Shown: piece by piece, positions 41,575-51,485 of the stretch
How positions within the stretch are numbered: the stretch's first letter is position 1
Layout: each line of letters opens with the position of its first letter
Source: Candidatus Eiseniibacteriota bacterium
GTDB lineage: Bacteria; Eisenbacteria; RBG-16-71-46; CAZAMP01
Direction of reading: 5' to 3'
Length of the DNA stretch: 64,000 bases
Assembly (NCBI GenBank): GCA_965224245.1
Contig: OZ245046.1
Location: 3,584,001 to 3,648,000 of the forward strand
Translations under genes and position numbers: made by a program
The notes under the pieces: model-generated
What the model was told of the DNA's origin: nothing
Seen by the model: only the letters and a program-made list of their open reading frames with translations
The model's database searches: none

Positions 41575-42831
41575 ATGAACTCGATCGACTACACGCTGGG
41601 CGACACGACCGCACTGTTCGAAGACGCCGCCGACCGGCTCGGGCTCGAGCCCGCCGCGCGCCAGCTGCTCGCGGCGCCCGAGCGGGAGATCCTCTGTCAC
41701 ATCTCCATTCGCATGGATGACGGGAGCCACCGGATCTTCGGGGCGCATCGCGTGCGGCACAACTCCGCGTACGGCCCCACACTCGGGGGCATACGCTGGC
41801 ACCCGGCCGCGAGCCTCACGGCCTCGCGTGACGGTGCCGCGTGGAACACCTGGCAGGCCGCCCTCCTGGACATTCCACACGGCGGCTCGGCCGGCGCCGT
41901 CGACTGCAACCCGAAGGAGCTCTCCACGGTCGAGAAGGAGCGCCTGGCCCGGCGGTTCGTCAGCGTGTTCCGCGACGTCATCGGCCCCGGGCACGACGTG
42001 CTTCTGGCCGACACGTACGTCACCCCCCAGATCCTCGGCTGGATGACCGCCGCCTACGAGCTCTTCGCAAAGGTCGCCACGTCGGGCAGCACGGTCGGCA
42101 AGCCGGCCGCCCTCGGGGGCACGCTGCCCGAGTCGGAGAGCATCGCGCGGGGGGGTGTGGCGGCCGTGGTCGCCGCTCTGGAGGAGGCCGACCTCGATCC
42201 GGCCACCGCCACCTACGGCGTCGTCGGGTTCGGACCGGTCGGGCGAGCGGCCGCGCGGTACCACATGGAGCGAGTCGGCGGCCGGTTCGTGACGGCCAGC
42301 GACTCACGAGGCGGCGTCCGGGCCACCGGCACCGGCGGGTTCGAACCCGATTCGCTCGTCCGGCACAAGGTCCAGACCGGACGCGTGGTCGACCTGGACG
42401 GCGCCGAGAACGTCTCGAACGCCGACGTGCTCGCCGCGGAGGTGGACGTGCTCTACATCGCCTGTCCCGCGCAGCCCATCACCGCGGAGGTGGCCGCCTC
42501 GGTCGGCGGCAAGATCCTGTGCGAGCTCTCCGATGCCCCCACGACCAAGGAAGCGGATCCGATCCTGCTGGACAAGGGCGTCGTCGCGATCCCCGATCTC
42601 CTGGCCGGCGGCGGGCGACTCCTGATCGCCCACCTGGAGACCGTCCAGAATGCACAGAACGACCGCTGGCCCCTCGAGGACGTCCACCACCGGCTCGACG
42701 CCGGCATCCACGCGGCCTTCTCGGCGATCCACGAGATGGCGCACGCCGAGGGCTGCTCACTGCGCACGGCGGCCTGGATGTGCGGGATCGAACGGGTGGC
42801 CGAGGCCTGCCGCGCCCGAGGGTGGTGCTGA
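41575..42831 (+). CDS. Glu/Leu/Phe/Val dehydrogenase homolog with degenerate active site (probable pseudoenzyme)
   Basis: GDH-fold motifs (PERE, MDDG, HN..GP..GGIR, GKP..LGG, SDSRGG, IPDLLA), but GPTLGG, NTWQ and GGSAGA replace the three conserved Lys. Confidence 0.85.
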   Translation: MNSIDYTLGDTTALFEDAADRLGLEPAARQLLAAPEREILCHISIRMDDGSHRIFGAHRVRHNSAYGPTLGGIRWHPAASLTASRDGAAWNTWQAALLDIPHGGSAGAVDCNPKELSTVEKERLARRFVSVFRDVIGPGHDVLLADTYVTPQILGWMTAAYELFAKVATSGSTVGKPAALGGTLPESESIARGGVAAVVAALEEADLDPATATYGVVGFGPVGRAAARYHMERVGGRFVTASDSRGGVRATGTGGFEPDSLVRHKVQTGRVVDLDGAENVSNADVLAAEVDVLYIACPAQPITAEVAASVGGKILCELSDAPTTKEADPILLDKGVVAIPDLLAGGGRLLIAHLETVQNAQNDRWPLEDVHHRLDAGIHAAFSAIHEMAHAEGCSLRTAAWMCGIERVAEACRARGWC

Positions 42832-42891
42832 CGCCGCTTGCCGGGCGGCACCCGCGGACCGAAAAACCTCCCTCCCGTCGCATCTCGCGGC

Positions 42892-42926
42892 TTGACTTTT
42901 TATGCGTCATGACGAATATTTATGCA
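42892..42926 (+). promoter_or_regulatory. argR promoter with tandem ARG boxes
   Basis: TTGACT-17nt-AATATT overlapped by TGACTTTTTATGCG (42893-42906) and CGAATATTTATGCA (42913-42926), 20 nt apart and abutting the start codon. Confidence 0.75.
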
Positions 42927-43368
42927 CATGACACGCACACGCCGACACCGGGCCATCCGGGCGCTTCTCGCCCGGGGCCCGATCCGAAGCCAGGGCGACC
43001 TCCGGGACTCGCTCGAGACCCAGGGAATCGACGTGACACAGGCCACACTCTCGCGGGACCTCCGGGAGATCGGAGTCGTGAAGGGCCCCGGCGGCTACCG
43101 CCTGCCCGGCAAACCGGTCTCCGTCCCGGCCGACGTCCTCGAAGACGCGATCCGCCGCGAGCTCGTGTCGGCCGCCGCGACCGGCGCGCTCGTCGTGCTG
43201 CGCACCGAGCCCGGCCACGCCAACGCCCTCGCCATCGATCTGGACACCTCGCCGACGAAGGAGATCCTCGGGACGATCGCGGGCGACGACACGGTCTTCG
43301 TCGCCACGCCGTCTCCCCGACACGCGCGACGCCTCCTCTCACGGTTCGACGCCCTCGTGACGCGCTGA
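42922..43368 (+). CDS. argR: Arginine repressor
   Basis: SQ.DL..L...GIDVTQATLSRDLREIG, VLRT.PG.A, ILGTIAGDDTVFV; start at 42922 or 42928. Confidence 0.95.
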   Translation: MHMTRTRRHRAIRALLARGPIRSQGDLRDSLETQGIDVTQATLSRDLREIGVVKGPGGYRLPGKPVSVPADVLEDAIRRELVSAAATGALVVLRTEPGHANALAIDLDTSPTKEILGTIAGDDTVFVATPSPRHARRLLSRFDALVTR

Positions 43369-43445
43369 GCCGAGCCGCGCACGAGCCCGGTCACCCGTTT
43401 TTGCGAACACGTCATCTCGCACTTCCACTCGCAGGAGAATCGGAC

Positions 43446-44648
43446 ATGAAGGTCGCACTCGCATACTCCGGAGGGCTCGACACCTCCGCGATCATCCCCT
43501 GGCTGATCGAGAACTACGACGCGGAGGTCGTCGCCGTCGTGGGCGACGTGGGGCAGGATCCGGACGAGCTCCTGGGCATCGAGGCGAAGGCGCTCGCCTC
43601 GGGAGCGTCGGCCTGCGAGATCGTCGACCTGAAGGAGACCTTCATCTCCGACTACGCGTTTCTCGCCCTCAAGGCCGGTGCCGTGTACGAGGGGCAGTAC
43701 CTCCTGGGCACGGCGCTGGCGCGTCCGAGCCTGGCCCGCGCCCAGGTCGAGGTCGCGATGACGCACGGCTGCGAGGCGCTCTGCCACGGCTGCACCGGGA
43801 AGGGCAACGATCAGGTGCGGTTCGAGACCGTGTACGCGCACTTCGCTCCCCACATGACCGTGATCGCCCCCTGGCGCGAGTGGTCGTTCCGCTCACGCGA
43901 GGACCTCCTGTCCTACCTCCGGGAGAAGTCGGTGCCCACGACGGCGTCGGCGACCAAGATCTACAGCCGGGACGCCAACCTCTGGCACATGTCGCACGAG
44001 GGCGGCGTTCTCGAGGATCCGGCGATGGCGCCGCCGGACGACGTGTGGACGCTCACGGTCTCACCCGAGGACGCCCCGAACACGCCCCGGCACGTGACGA
44101 TCACGTTCGATTCGGGAACGCCGACCGAGATCGACGGGGTCGCGATGTCCCCCGCGACGCTGGTGGCCTCGCTGAACCGGATCGCGGGCGCCCACGGCGT
44201 CGGTCGGATCGATCTGGTGGAGAACCGGCTCATCGGGATCAAGTGCCGGGGCTGCTACGAGACGCCGGCCGGGACCGTTCTCCACGCCGCGCTCCGCGGG
44301 CTCGAGGACATCGTGTACGACCGGCCCACGCGGCGGTTCCGCGAGGAGGTCGGGATCCAGCTGGCGCACCTGGTCTACGACGGCCAGTGGTTCACGCCGC
44401 TTCGCACCGCTCTGGCCACCTGCGTCGATGCCATGGCCCAGCCGCTCTCGGGTCGGGTCACGTTGAAGCTCTACAAGGGCGTGGCGCTGGTGGAGGGACG
44501 CGAGAGCGTGAACTCGCGCTACGCGGCCGACTACGCCACGTTCGGCGAGGACGACGTGTTCGATCAGAAAGACGCCGCCGGGTTCATCAAGCTCCTCACG
44601 CTGCCGTCGCGAATCGCCGAGCGCCGCAAGCACACCGTGCCCGCGTGA
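43446..44648 (+). CDS. argG: Argininosuccinate synthase
   Basis: MKVALAYSGGLDTS, YLLGTALARP, HGCTGKGNDQVRFE, YSRDANLWH.SHEGG.LEDP, ENRLIGIKCRG.YETP; AGGAG RBS. Confidence 0.96.
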   Translation: MKVALAYSGGLDTSAIIPWLIENYDAEVVAVVGDVGQDPDELLGIEAKALASGASACEIVDLKETFISDYAFLALKAGAVYEGQYLLGTALARPSLARAQVEVAMTHGCEALCHGCTGKGNDQVRFETVYAHFAPHMTVIAPWREWSFRSREDLLSYLREKSVPTTASATKIYSRDANLWHMSHEGGVLEDPAMAPPDDVWTLTVSPEDAPNTPRHVTITFDSGTPTEIDGVAMSPATLVASLNRIAGAHGVGRIDLVENRLIGIKCRGCYETPAGTVLHAALRGLEDIVYDRPTRRFREEVGIQLAHLVYDGQWFTPLRTALATCVDAMAQPLSGRVTLKLYKGVALVEGRESVNSRYAADYATFGEDDVFDQKDAAGFIKLLTLPSRIAERRKHTVPA

Positions 44649-44656
44649 TGCGGGCG

Positions 44657-44712
44657 CGCGTGCTCGATTGACGCGAGCCCGCGTGATCGATTGACGCGGG
44701 CCCGCGTGCTCG
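44657..44712. repeat. Short imperfect 23-bp direct repeat (about 2.4 copies) between convergent argG and prmC
   Basis: CGCGTGCTCGATTGACGCGAGCC / CGCGTGATCGATTGACGCGGGCC / CGCGTGCTCG. Confidence 0.7.
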
Positions 44713-44724
44713 CGCGACGTCCAC

Positions 44725-45576
44725 TCAGCGCCGCGTGGCGAGCACGACCCGATCGAGCCCGGCGAGGTCTCGCCGGCACTCGAGGAACGAGAGCTCGGGC
44801 TCGCCCCGCACGACGTCGGTGGCCGAGCGACCCTGAGCGGCGCCGATCTCGAACGCGCAGAGGCCGCCGGCGCGAAGCACGCCGGGTGCCGCGCGGACGA
44901 GCGTCTTCACCACCTTTAGGCCGTCCGTGCCGGCGTAGAGGGCGAGGTGCGGCTCGTGGTCGTGCACGATCGGCGGCAGCGTCTCGTCGGTCGCGACGTA
45001 GGGCGGGTTCGACACGAGCACGTCGGCGTTCCGGACGTCGAGGGCCGAGAGCCCATCGCCGACGATGATCGCGAGCCGATCGATGACCCCGAGGCGCTGG
45101 GCGTTCGCGCGTGTCGTCCGGGCCGCGACCGACGAGCGGTCGATCCCGATCGCCCGCGCGACGGGGAGGGCGCGCAGGAGGCTCACCACGACGGCGCCCG
45201 ATCCGGTACCCACCTCCACGATCAGCCCGCCGCGTCCGCGGTCCGGCCAGGCGTCGACGACGGCCTCCACGAGGAGCTCGGTCTCGGGTCGGGGAATGAA
45301 CACGCCGGGACCGACGACGAAGCGGTCCTCGTAGAAGTCGGCGTAGCCCACCACGTACTGCCGCGGGACGCCGGACGCGCGGGCGGCCAGCGAGGCGTCG
45401 TAGCGGCGGCGCGACTCGGCCGAGACCGTGACGTCGCCGGTGACGAGATCCAGTCGATCCTCGAGGCCGAGCGCATCGGCCAGGAGAACCTCGGCCTCGC
45501 GCTTCGGATCGTCCACCACACCTCGGAGCCGCTGGGCCCCGTCGGCCAGGAGACGCATGAGGGTGTCGTTCCGCAT
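44725..45576 (-). CDS. prmC: Release factor glutamine methyltransferase
   Basis: P.QYVVG..FY, VFIPRPETE.LVE, EVGTGSG, VSNPPY, EP.LAL.AG.DGL, DLAG.DR. Confidence 0.94.
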   Translation of the reverse strand: MRNDTLMRLLADGAQRLRGVVDDPKREAEVLLADALGLEDRLDLVTGDVTVSAESRRRYDASLAARASGVPRQYVVGYADFYEDRFVVGPGVFIPRPETELLVEAVVDAWPDRGRGGLIVEVGTGSGAVVVSLLRALPVARAIGIDRSSVAARTTRANAQRLGVIDRLAIIVGDGLSALDVRNADVLVSNPPYVATDETLPPIVHDHEPHLALYAGTDGLKVVKTLVRAAPGVLRAGGLCAFEIGAAQGRSATDVVRGEPELSFLECRRDLAGLDRVVLATRR

Positions 45577-45697
45577 CCGAGGTCGGCCTCGTGTGGGTGG
45601 ATGAGAGCCTGCCGCGCGGTCTCGAGCGAGTCCGCGGAGGAGCCGACGAGCGTCCGGTGACCGCACCGCACGGCTCCTCCCCGGATCCGGCGTCGCC

Positions 45698-47650
45698 TCA
45701 GTCCAGGATCGTCACGCGCGCGGACGACCCGGTGAGCTCACGCCCCGTCGCCGTCGCCGCCACCGCGTAGTATGCACCCTGCGGCACGCGGCGTCCGCCG
45801 TCGTCGTTGCCGTCCCAGTGCCAGCGGGCGGCGCCCCCGCTCCTGTGGGGAGCCCCGGTCAGCACGCGGACGAGCCGTCCCGAGACGTCGTACACCCGGA
45901 GTGAGAGCTCGCCGTCGGACCCGGCCTCCTCGCTCGACAGCCCGCCGATGGTGACCTCGACCCCGTACCGCGAGGGGTTCGGCCGCACCGTGGCCCGGAG
46001 CACGTCGGCCCGCGGCTCGGACAACCGAGGGATCGTGGCCAGGTCGTACGTCCACTGCCACACCAGACCCCCCGCCTCCGGCACGGCCAGCGCCTCGGTC
46101 CACTGCAACACCTGCACGTACATCGACAGCGCCGGCTCGAGATAGCCCGCCGACGGGAGCCCTTGATAGAACGAGTTCATCAGGCCGGTGTATCCCCAGA
46201 TGAAGTCCGTCGTTTGAATCGTGCTGGCGATGTGTGCCGGGAACATGCCCCCCGGCGTGGTCGGGAATGTCAGGAGCTGACCGGACAGCCAGTTGGCCGC
46301 GCGCAGATAGGCGACGCCGTACGTGAGATCGGCGGTCACGTCGTAGAGCTCGCCGAGGTAGTTCATGGGGCCGATGTGACCGACGCACCAGTTCGTGTCC
46401 CCGAAGTGCGCGGTCCAGTCCAGCGTGTTCTGAACGACGTCTTCGTTGCCCTGGTAGAGGACGTAGTTGCCCGCCCCCACGGCGTGGTCGAGGAACGCCT
46501 GATCCCCCCACAGCGCGTGGGCCTGGAGGAACAGGCGTCCGATGCCCGCGGCTCCACCCCCCGCGATCACCGAGTACGACGGCGGGACCCCCTCGCGGCC
46601 CGGCCACTTGTACGCCGGCTGCCGCGGCGCCGCCGGCTCGGAAACCGCGATGTTGATCATGTGCGTGAGCGCCGCCCTCGCGAGCTGTTCGTAGCGCATG
46701 TTGGTCGGCCACGTGCGGGCCATGTCGATGAACAGCTCGGCGATGCCCGAGGTGCCGCCACAGAACCCGGTGTACGTCAGGTTGTAGTCGAGCGGGCGAC
46801 GGGCGGCCCAGCTCTTGCCTCCGGCGCCGTCGTCGTCGGCGATGAACTCGAGGGCGTCGACGGTGCATAGGGCGACGTTCAACGCATGCGTGCTTCCGGT
46901 GGCGCGATAGACCTCGACCGCCCCGCGCGCGATGCCGGTGTTCCCGTAGGCCGCGAAGCTGTAGTCGTGCGGATACGGGAGCTCCTCGAAGTAGAAGCAC
47001 CCCGGCGCGTTCACCCACCCGGGAAGCCAGGTTCCGAACCACGAGAGGGGGAGCTTGACGTTGTCCAGCCACAGCATCGCGTCGTTCGCGAGGTCGCGGT
47101 AGGCCGTGTTGCCGGTCCGCAGATAGCCCTCGGCGAACGCCATCGCGTTCCACGCAGTCGAGACCTTGGCGATCTTGTCCAGCGTGGGGTCGACGTTCTC
47201 CCAGGCGTACCAGGCGACGCCACCCCCGGTCTGAGGCACCGCCCGCGTCGCCATCCAGTCGAGCGCACCCTTCCAGTAGGTGTCCGACCCGACGTAGTTG
47301 GCCTCCATGAAGAGCTGCGCGACGGCCCCCATGCTGACGATCCCGTGCGCGCGGCCGGGGGGCGCCACGACCGACGACGCATCACCGCCGGCGGACGACA
47401 CCCCGACGGTACGGCTGTCGGCGAGGGGCGGCAGGCCGGCGGCCGCGCGCATCTCGTCGACCCATCCCGGGTACTCGGGCATCTTGCCGAAGAGCCCGCA
47501 GCTCGCGTCCGGGTCGGCCGGTGCGCCCGGCGTCGGGACCGGCCCGCAGGCGTCGGCCGGCGGGACGAGGCCGGCCGCCACCGCGGCGACCGACATCACG
47601 CCGAGCGGCGCCCCCCATCGACGATCGGCGATCCACTCACGTAGGTTCAT
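45698..47650 (-). CDS. Secreted LanC-like (alpha/alpha toroid) protein with C-terminal FlgD-Ig/T9SS-like domain
   Basis: Repeated loops [35 protein letters not shown] separated by helices with G..W; signal-like N-terminus; C-terminal [27 protein letters not shown]. Confidence 0.7.
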   Translation of the reverse strand: MNLREWIADRRWGAPLGVMSVAAVAAGLVPPADACGPVPTPGAPADPDASCGLFGKMPEYPGWVDEMRAAAGLPPLADSRTVGVSSAGGDASSVVAPPGRAHGIVSMGAVAQLFMEANYVGSDTYWKGALDWMATRAVPQTGGGVAWYAWENVDPTLDKIAKVSTAWNAMAFAEGYLRTGNTAYRDLANDAMLWLDNVKLPLSWFGTWLPGWVNAPGCFYFEELPYPHDYSFAAYGNTGIARGAVEVYRATGSTHALNVALCTVDALEFIADDDGAGGKSWAARRPLDYNLTYTGFCGGTSGIAELFIDMARTWPTNMRYEQLARAALTHMINIAVSEPAAPRQPAYKWPGREGVPPSYSVIAGGGAAGIGRLFLQAHALWGDQAFLDHAVGAGNYVLYQGNEDVVQNTLDWTAHFGDTNWCVGHIGPMNYLGELYDVTADLTYGVAYLRAANWLSGQLLTFPTTPGGMFPAHIASTIQTTDFIWGYTGLMNSFYQGLPSAGYLEPALSMYVQVLQWTEALAVPEAGGLVWQWTYDLATIPRLSEPRADVLRATVRPNPSRYGVEVTIGGLSSEEAGSDGELSLRVYDVSGRLVRVLTGAPHRSGGAARWHWDGNDDGGRRVPQGAYYAVAATATGRELTGSSARVTILD

Positions 47651-47952
47651 CGGGCCCTCCACGGTCTGGGCCGCCGCGCGGTCGGCGCGGTCGCGCGGAC
47701 AGGCGACGGCTGGTCAACGATCGAGCGCCCGGCGGGAGCCGAGCGAGCGGGCGACCGATGCTGGGGCGGGCGTGGAGCTGGGCAGCGGATGAAGATGAGA
47801 CGACACGGGTCGCCATCGACGAGTACGAGTCTGGCATCGGGGGTGCCGGGGCGCAACTCGGGACACGATCTCCGCCGCGGCCCGGTCCGAGCGGCGGCTT
47901 CGGACTGCGGAGAGGAGGATCCGACCGGCGTGTCGGCGGTGCCGGACGGGCG

Positions 47953-49044
47953 TCACTCGGCCAGGGACGCGGCCTCCAGCCGCTCCTGGGCATCGACGAG
48001 CATCAGCGCATCGGACATCTCGTCGAGGTCGCCGTCCAGGAACTCGGGCAGCCGGTGCAACGTCATCTTGATCCGATGGTCGGTCACGCGACCCTGCGGG
48101 AAGTTGTACGTGCGGATCTTCGCGCTGCGATCGCCCGAGGAGACCTGCGAGCGGCGCATCGCGGCCTCGGCCTCCTGCTTCTTGCGTTGCTCGAGGTCGT
48201 AGAGTCGCGACCGGAGGACGACCATCGCCCGGGCGCGGTTCTTGTGCTGGCTCTTCTCGTCCTGACACGACACGACGAGCCCGGTCGGGACGTGCGTGAG
48301 GCGGACGGCGGACTCGGTCTTGTTGACGTGCTGTCCGCCCGCACCCGATGCCCGGAACACGTCGACCCGGATGTCGTCCGGGCTGATGCTGACGTCCACG
48401 TCCTCGGCCTCGGGCAGCACGACGACGCTGGCCGCCGACGTGTGGATGCGTCCGGACGCCTCGGTCTCGGGGACCCGCTGCACGCGGTGCACGCCGCTCT
48501 CGAACTTGAGACGGGAGTGCACCTCCTCGCCGCTGACGCGCATCAGCGCTTCCTTGACGCCGCCCGCTCCGCTCTCGCTGAGGGCGATGAGCTCGGTCCT
48601 CCAGCCGCGGCGCTCGGCGTGGCGCGTGTACATCCGCAGGAGGTCGCCCGCGAACAGCGCGGCCTCTTCCCCACCGGTGCCCGCGCGGATCTCCAGGATC
48701 ACGTTCTTGTCGTCGTTGGGGTCGGCCGGGATCAACAGAAGCTGGAGGGTCTTCTCGAGCTCGGGCCGCCGGGCCTCGAGCTCGGGGATCTCGGCCGCGG
48801 CGAGTTCGGCCATCTCCGCGTCGTCACCGTCGGCGAGCTCTCTCGCCTCGGCGAGCTGGGTCTCGAGCGAGCGGTAGGCGTTGATCGACTGGATCAGCGA
48901 CTCCAGCCGCCGCACCTCGCGTCCGATCTCGCGCAGCGCCGAGTGGTCGGCCAGCACCTCGGGGGCGCTCATCCGCGTGGTCAGCTCCGAGAGGCGCGCC
49001 TCGTACTTCTCCACCGAGCCCAGGACACGCGACATGTTCAGCAC
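47953..49044 (-). CDS. prfA: Peptide chain release factor 1
   Basis: [63 protein letters not shown] before GTG 49044. Confidence 0.96.
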   Translation of the reverse strand: MLNMSRVLGSVEKYEARLSELTTRMSAPEVLADHSALREIGREVRRLESLIQSINAYRSLETQLAEARELADGDDAEMAELAAAEIPELEARRPELEKTLQLLLIPADPNDDKNVILEIRAGTGGEEAALFAGDLLRMYTRHAERRGWRTELIALSESGAGGVKEALMRVSGEEVHSRLKFESGVHRVQRVPETEASGRIHTSAASVVVLPEAEDVDVSISPDDIRVDVFRASGAGGQHVNKTESAVRLTHVPTGLVVSCQDEKSQHKNRARAMVVLRSRLYDLEQRKKQEAEAAMRRSQVSSGDRSAKIRTYNFPQGRVTDHRIKMTLHRLPEFLDGDLDEMSDALMLVDAQERLEAASLAE

Positions 49045-49170
49045 GACCGACCTCCACCTCGAGTCGCCGCCGGCGCCGGCAGAGCCGGTGCCCCCTCCAT
49101 GCTCACATACCACGAGACCCCAGCCGCGGCCACGCGCAGCTGGGGTCGAAACGATCGGGACACGAGGACG

Positions 49171-49437
49171 CTAGCCGGCAGCCGGCGTCTCCTTGGTGTC
49201 GGCTCCGGCGGTGGCCGGTGTCGGCGCGTCTTCCTCTTCGAGGCTGTACTTCTTTCGGAAGCGCTCGACGCGACCGGCGGTGTCGACGAGCTTCTGCTTG
49301 CCGGTGAAGAACGGGTGACAGGCCGAGCAGATCTCGATCGTGAGGTCCTTGCCCAGCGTCGACTGCGTCTGGAAGCTGTTTCCGCAGACGCAGGTCACGG
49401 TGATGACGCCGTACGTCGGATGGATGTCTGCCTTCAT
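49171..49437 (-). CDS. rpmE: 50S ribosomal protein L31 (zinc-binding type)
   Basis: [38 protein letters not shown]. Confidence 0.97.
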   Translation of the reverse strand: MKADIHPTYGVITVTCVCGNSFQTQSTLGKDLTIEICSACHPFFTGKQKLVDTAGRVERFRKKYSLEEEDAPTPATAGADTKETPAAG

Positions 49438-49494
49438 CGGTCGGTCCTTCTGGTAGCGCCGGTCCGGCGCGGGGGTACGGTTTTCAGGGCGGCG

Positions 49495-49524
49495 AGTGTA
49501 GCAAGCCCTTCGAGGCGCGATCAA
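49495..49524 (-). promoter_or_regulatory. Putative sigma70 promoter of rpmE-prfA
   Basis: TTGATC-18nt-TACACT with TG extension on the minus strand. Confidence 0.55.
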
Positions 49525-49765
49525 GCGACCGAACGAGGGCCACCGGCGGATCCCTCGACCGGCGACTTGCCCTCATGCGTCGTCATGCTCACCAGAGTGA
49601 GCATTGACGCACGGATCGGCAATCAGGGCAGGCGGGTCGGGCGCCGGGGCCCACTTCGCCCTCAGATGCGCCAGAAGGTCCGAGCGGTTCGGGGGCATCG
49701 CGATCGTCACCGACAAACGACTGCCGCACAACACATTAGACGAAACGAGCCACCGCCCCGCCACC

Positions 49766-51064
49766 CTACGTGTTCATCAGCTCCAAGAACTTCTTGTTCG
49801 TCTTCGTCTCGGCCATCTTGTTGGTCAGGAACTCCATGGCCTCGATCGGATTGAGCTCCGAGAGGAACTTCCGGAGGATCCAGATCTTGTTCAGGACGTC
49901 CTTGTCGAGGAGCAGCTCCTCGCGGCGGGTGCCCGAGCGGTTGATGTCGATGGCCGGGAAGATGCGCCGGTCGGCGAGCTTGCGATCCAGGACGAGCTCG
50001 CAGTTACCGGTGCCCTTGAACTCCTCGAAGATGACGTCGTCCATGCGGCTGCCGGTCTCGACGAGCGCGGTGGCCACGATGGTCAGGGAGCCGCCCTCCT
50101 CGATGTTGCGCGCGGCCCCGAAGAACCGCTTGGGGCGCTGAAGGGCGTTGGCGTCGACGCCACCGGAGAGGATCTTGCCCGAGTGCGGCACCACGGTGTT
50201 GTGGGCGCGGGCGAGACGCGTGATCGAGTCCAGGAGGATGACCACGTCGCGGCCGTGCTCGACCAGGCGACGCGCCTTCTCGATGACCATCTCGGCCACC
50301 TGCACGTGACGCTCCGGCGGCTCGTCGAACGTGGAGCTGACCACCTCGCCGACGACCGAGCGCTCCATGTCGGTGACCTCCTCGGGGCGCTCGTCGATGA
50401 GCAGCACGATGAGGTCGATCTCCGGGTGGTTCTCGGTGATGGCGTTGGCGATCTTCTGGAGAATGATCGTCTTACCGGCCTTGGGGGGCGACACGATGAG
50501 GCCGCGCTGCCCGAGCCCGACCGGCGCCAGGAGATCGATGATGCGCGTGGTGAAGTCGCGGTCCTTGCACTCGAGCTTCAGCTTCTGCTCGGGGTAGAGC
50601 GGGGTCAGGTTGTCGAAGATGGTCTTCGACTTGGCCTTCTCCGGTGGCTCGAAGTTGACCGCCTCGACACGAAGGAGCGCGAAGTAGCGCTCGCCGTCCT
50701 TCGGCGGGCGCACCTGGCCGTTGACGGTGTCGCCGGTGCGCAGGTCGAAGCGCTTGATCTGCGACGGCGAGACGTAGATGTCGTCCGGGCCCGGCAGGTA
50801 GTTGTAGTCGGGCGAGCGCAGGAAGCCGTACCCCTCGGGCAGGATCTCCAGCACGCCCTTGGCGAAGATGAGACCGTTCAGATTGGTCTGGGCCTCGAGG
50901 ATCTTGAAGATGAGCTCCTGCTTGCGGAGGCCGGAGGCGCCCTGGACTCCGAGATCGGTCGCGACGTCCATCAGATCGGAGATCGTTCGCGACTTCATCT
51001 CGGCGATGTCGAGCTGGGCGGGCCGATCCTTGGGCTCGGCGGCTTGCTCCTCGACGTTCTTCAT
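49766..51064 (-). CDS. rho: Transcription termination factor Rho
   Basis: [70 protein letters not shown]. Confidence 0.97.
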   Translation of the reverse strand: MKNVEEQAAEPKDRPAQLDIAEMKSRTISDLMDVATDLGVQGASGLRKQELIFKILEAQTNLNGLIFAKGVLEILPEGYGFLRSPDYNYLPGPDDIYVSPSQIKRFDLRTGDTVNGQVRPPKDGERYFALLRVEAVNFEPPEKAKSKTIFDNLTPLYPEQKLKLECKDRDFTTRIIDLLAPVGLGQRGLIVSPPKAGKTIILQKIANAITENHPEIDLIVLLIDERPEEVTDMERSVVGEVVSSTFDEPPERHVQVAEMVIEKARRLVEHGRDVVILLDSITRLARAHNTVVPHSGKILSGGVDANALQRPKRFFGAARNIEEGGSLTIVATALVETGSRMDDVIFEEFKGTGNCELVLDRKLADRRIFPAIDINRSGTRREELLLDKDVLNKIWILRKFLSELNPIEAMEFLTNKMAETKTNKKFLELMNT

Positions 51065-51455
51065 GTGGCGTCGTCCTGAGGTAGGTGTGGTTGGTTCGGA
51101 CTCCGCGGGCACCTCGTCGGGCGCGGCGGGACTGGTTGAGCGATTGGGGCGGGGAATGACGGTCTCCTGGAGTTCACGCGTGGTCGGAGTCGAGCTCGGG
51201 CCGAGGGTTCGGGAGAACACCGGCACGGTGCCTCGGGATCACGCGCAATCGAGTATCGACCAACGAAACCGGTAACGTCTCACGGTATTCTGCATGTGCC
51301 GTCTGAACGGGGCGCGGCGGTGTCGTCTTGGAGCGGTCGTCCCAGCGTGGCGCGGCGCTGCCCGTCGTGATCCACGGTGGGTTGCGAGAACCCCGAGAGA
51401 GTCGTGGAAACAGCGGCGGGAGACACGCGGGAGCGCCCGCTGAGCGAATGTCCGG

Positions 51456-51485
51456 ATGATAGGGAGCGTTCTCGGCGAGCGTCAA
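51456..51485 (-). promoter_or_regulatory. Putative sigma70 promoter of rho
   Basis: TTGACG-18nt-TATCAT on the minus strand, overlapping the ilvC stop; implies a leader of about 385 nt. Confidence 0.65.

Noticed and set aside
41841-44648. 935-aa ORF suggesting an ArgG fusion (likewise extended RNase R 609.., MurA ..24423, PAP2 26209.. and GGDEF ..58589)
   Set aside because: The N-terminal extensions are off-frame read-through over neighbouring genes; the true starts have an RBS or stop/start overlap and family-typical N-termini.
45698-47952. Lanthipeptide biosynthetic cluster
   Set aside because: No precursor peptide, dehydratase/kinase or transporter is nearby, and the LanC-like protein looks secreted.
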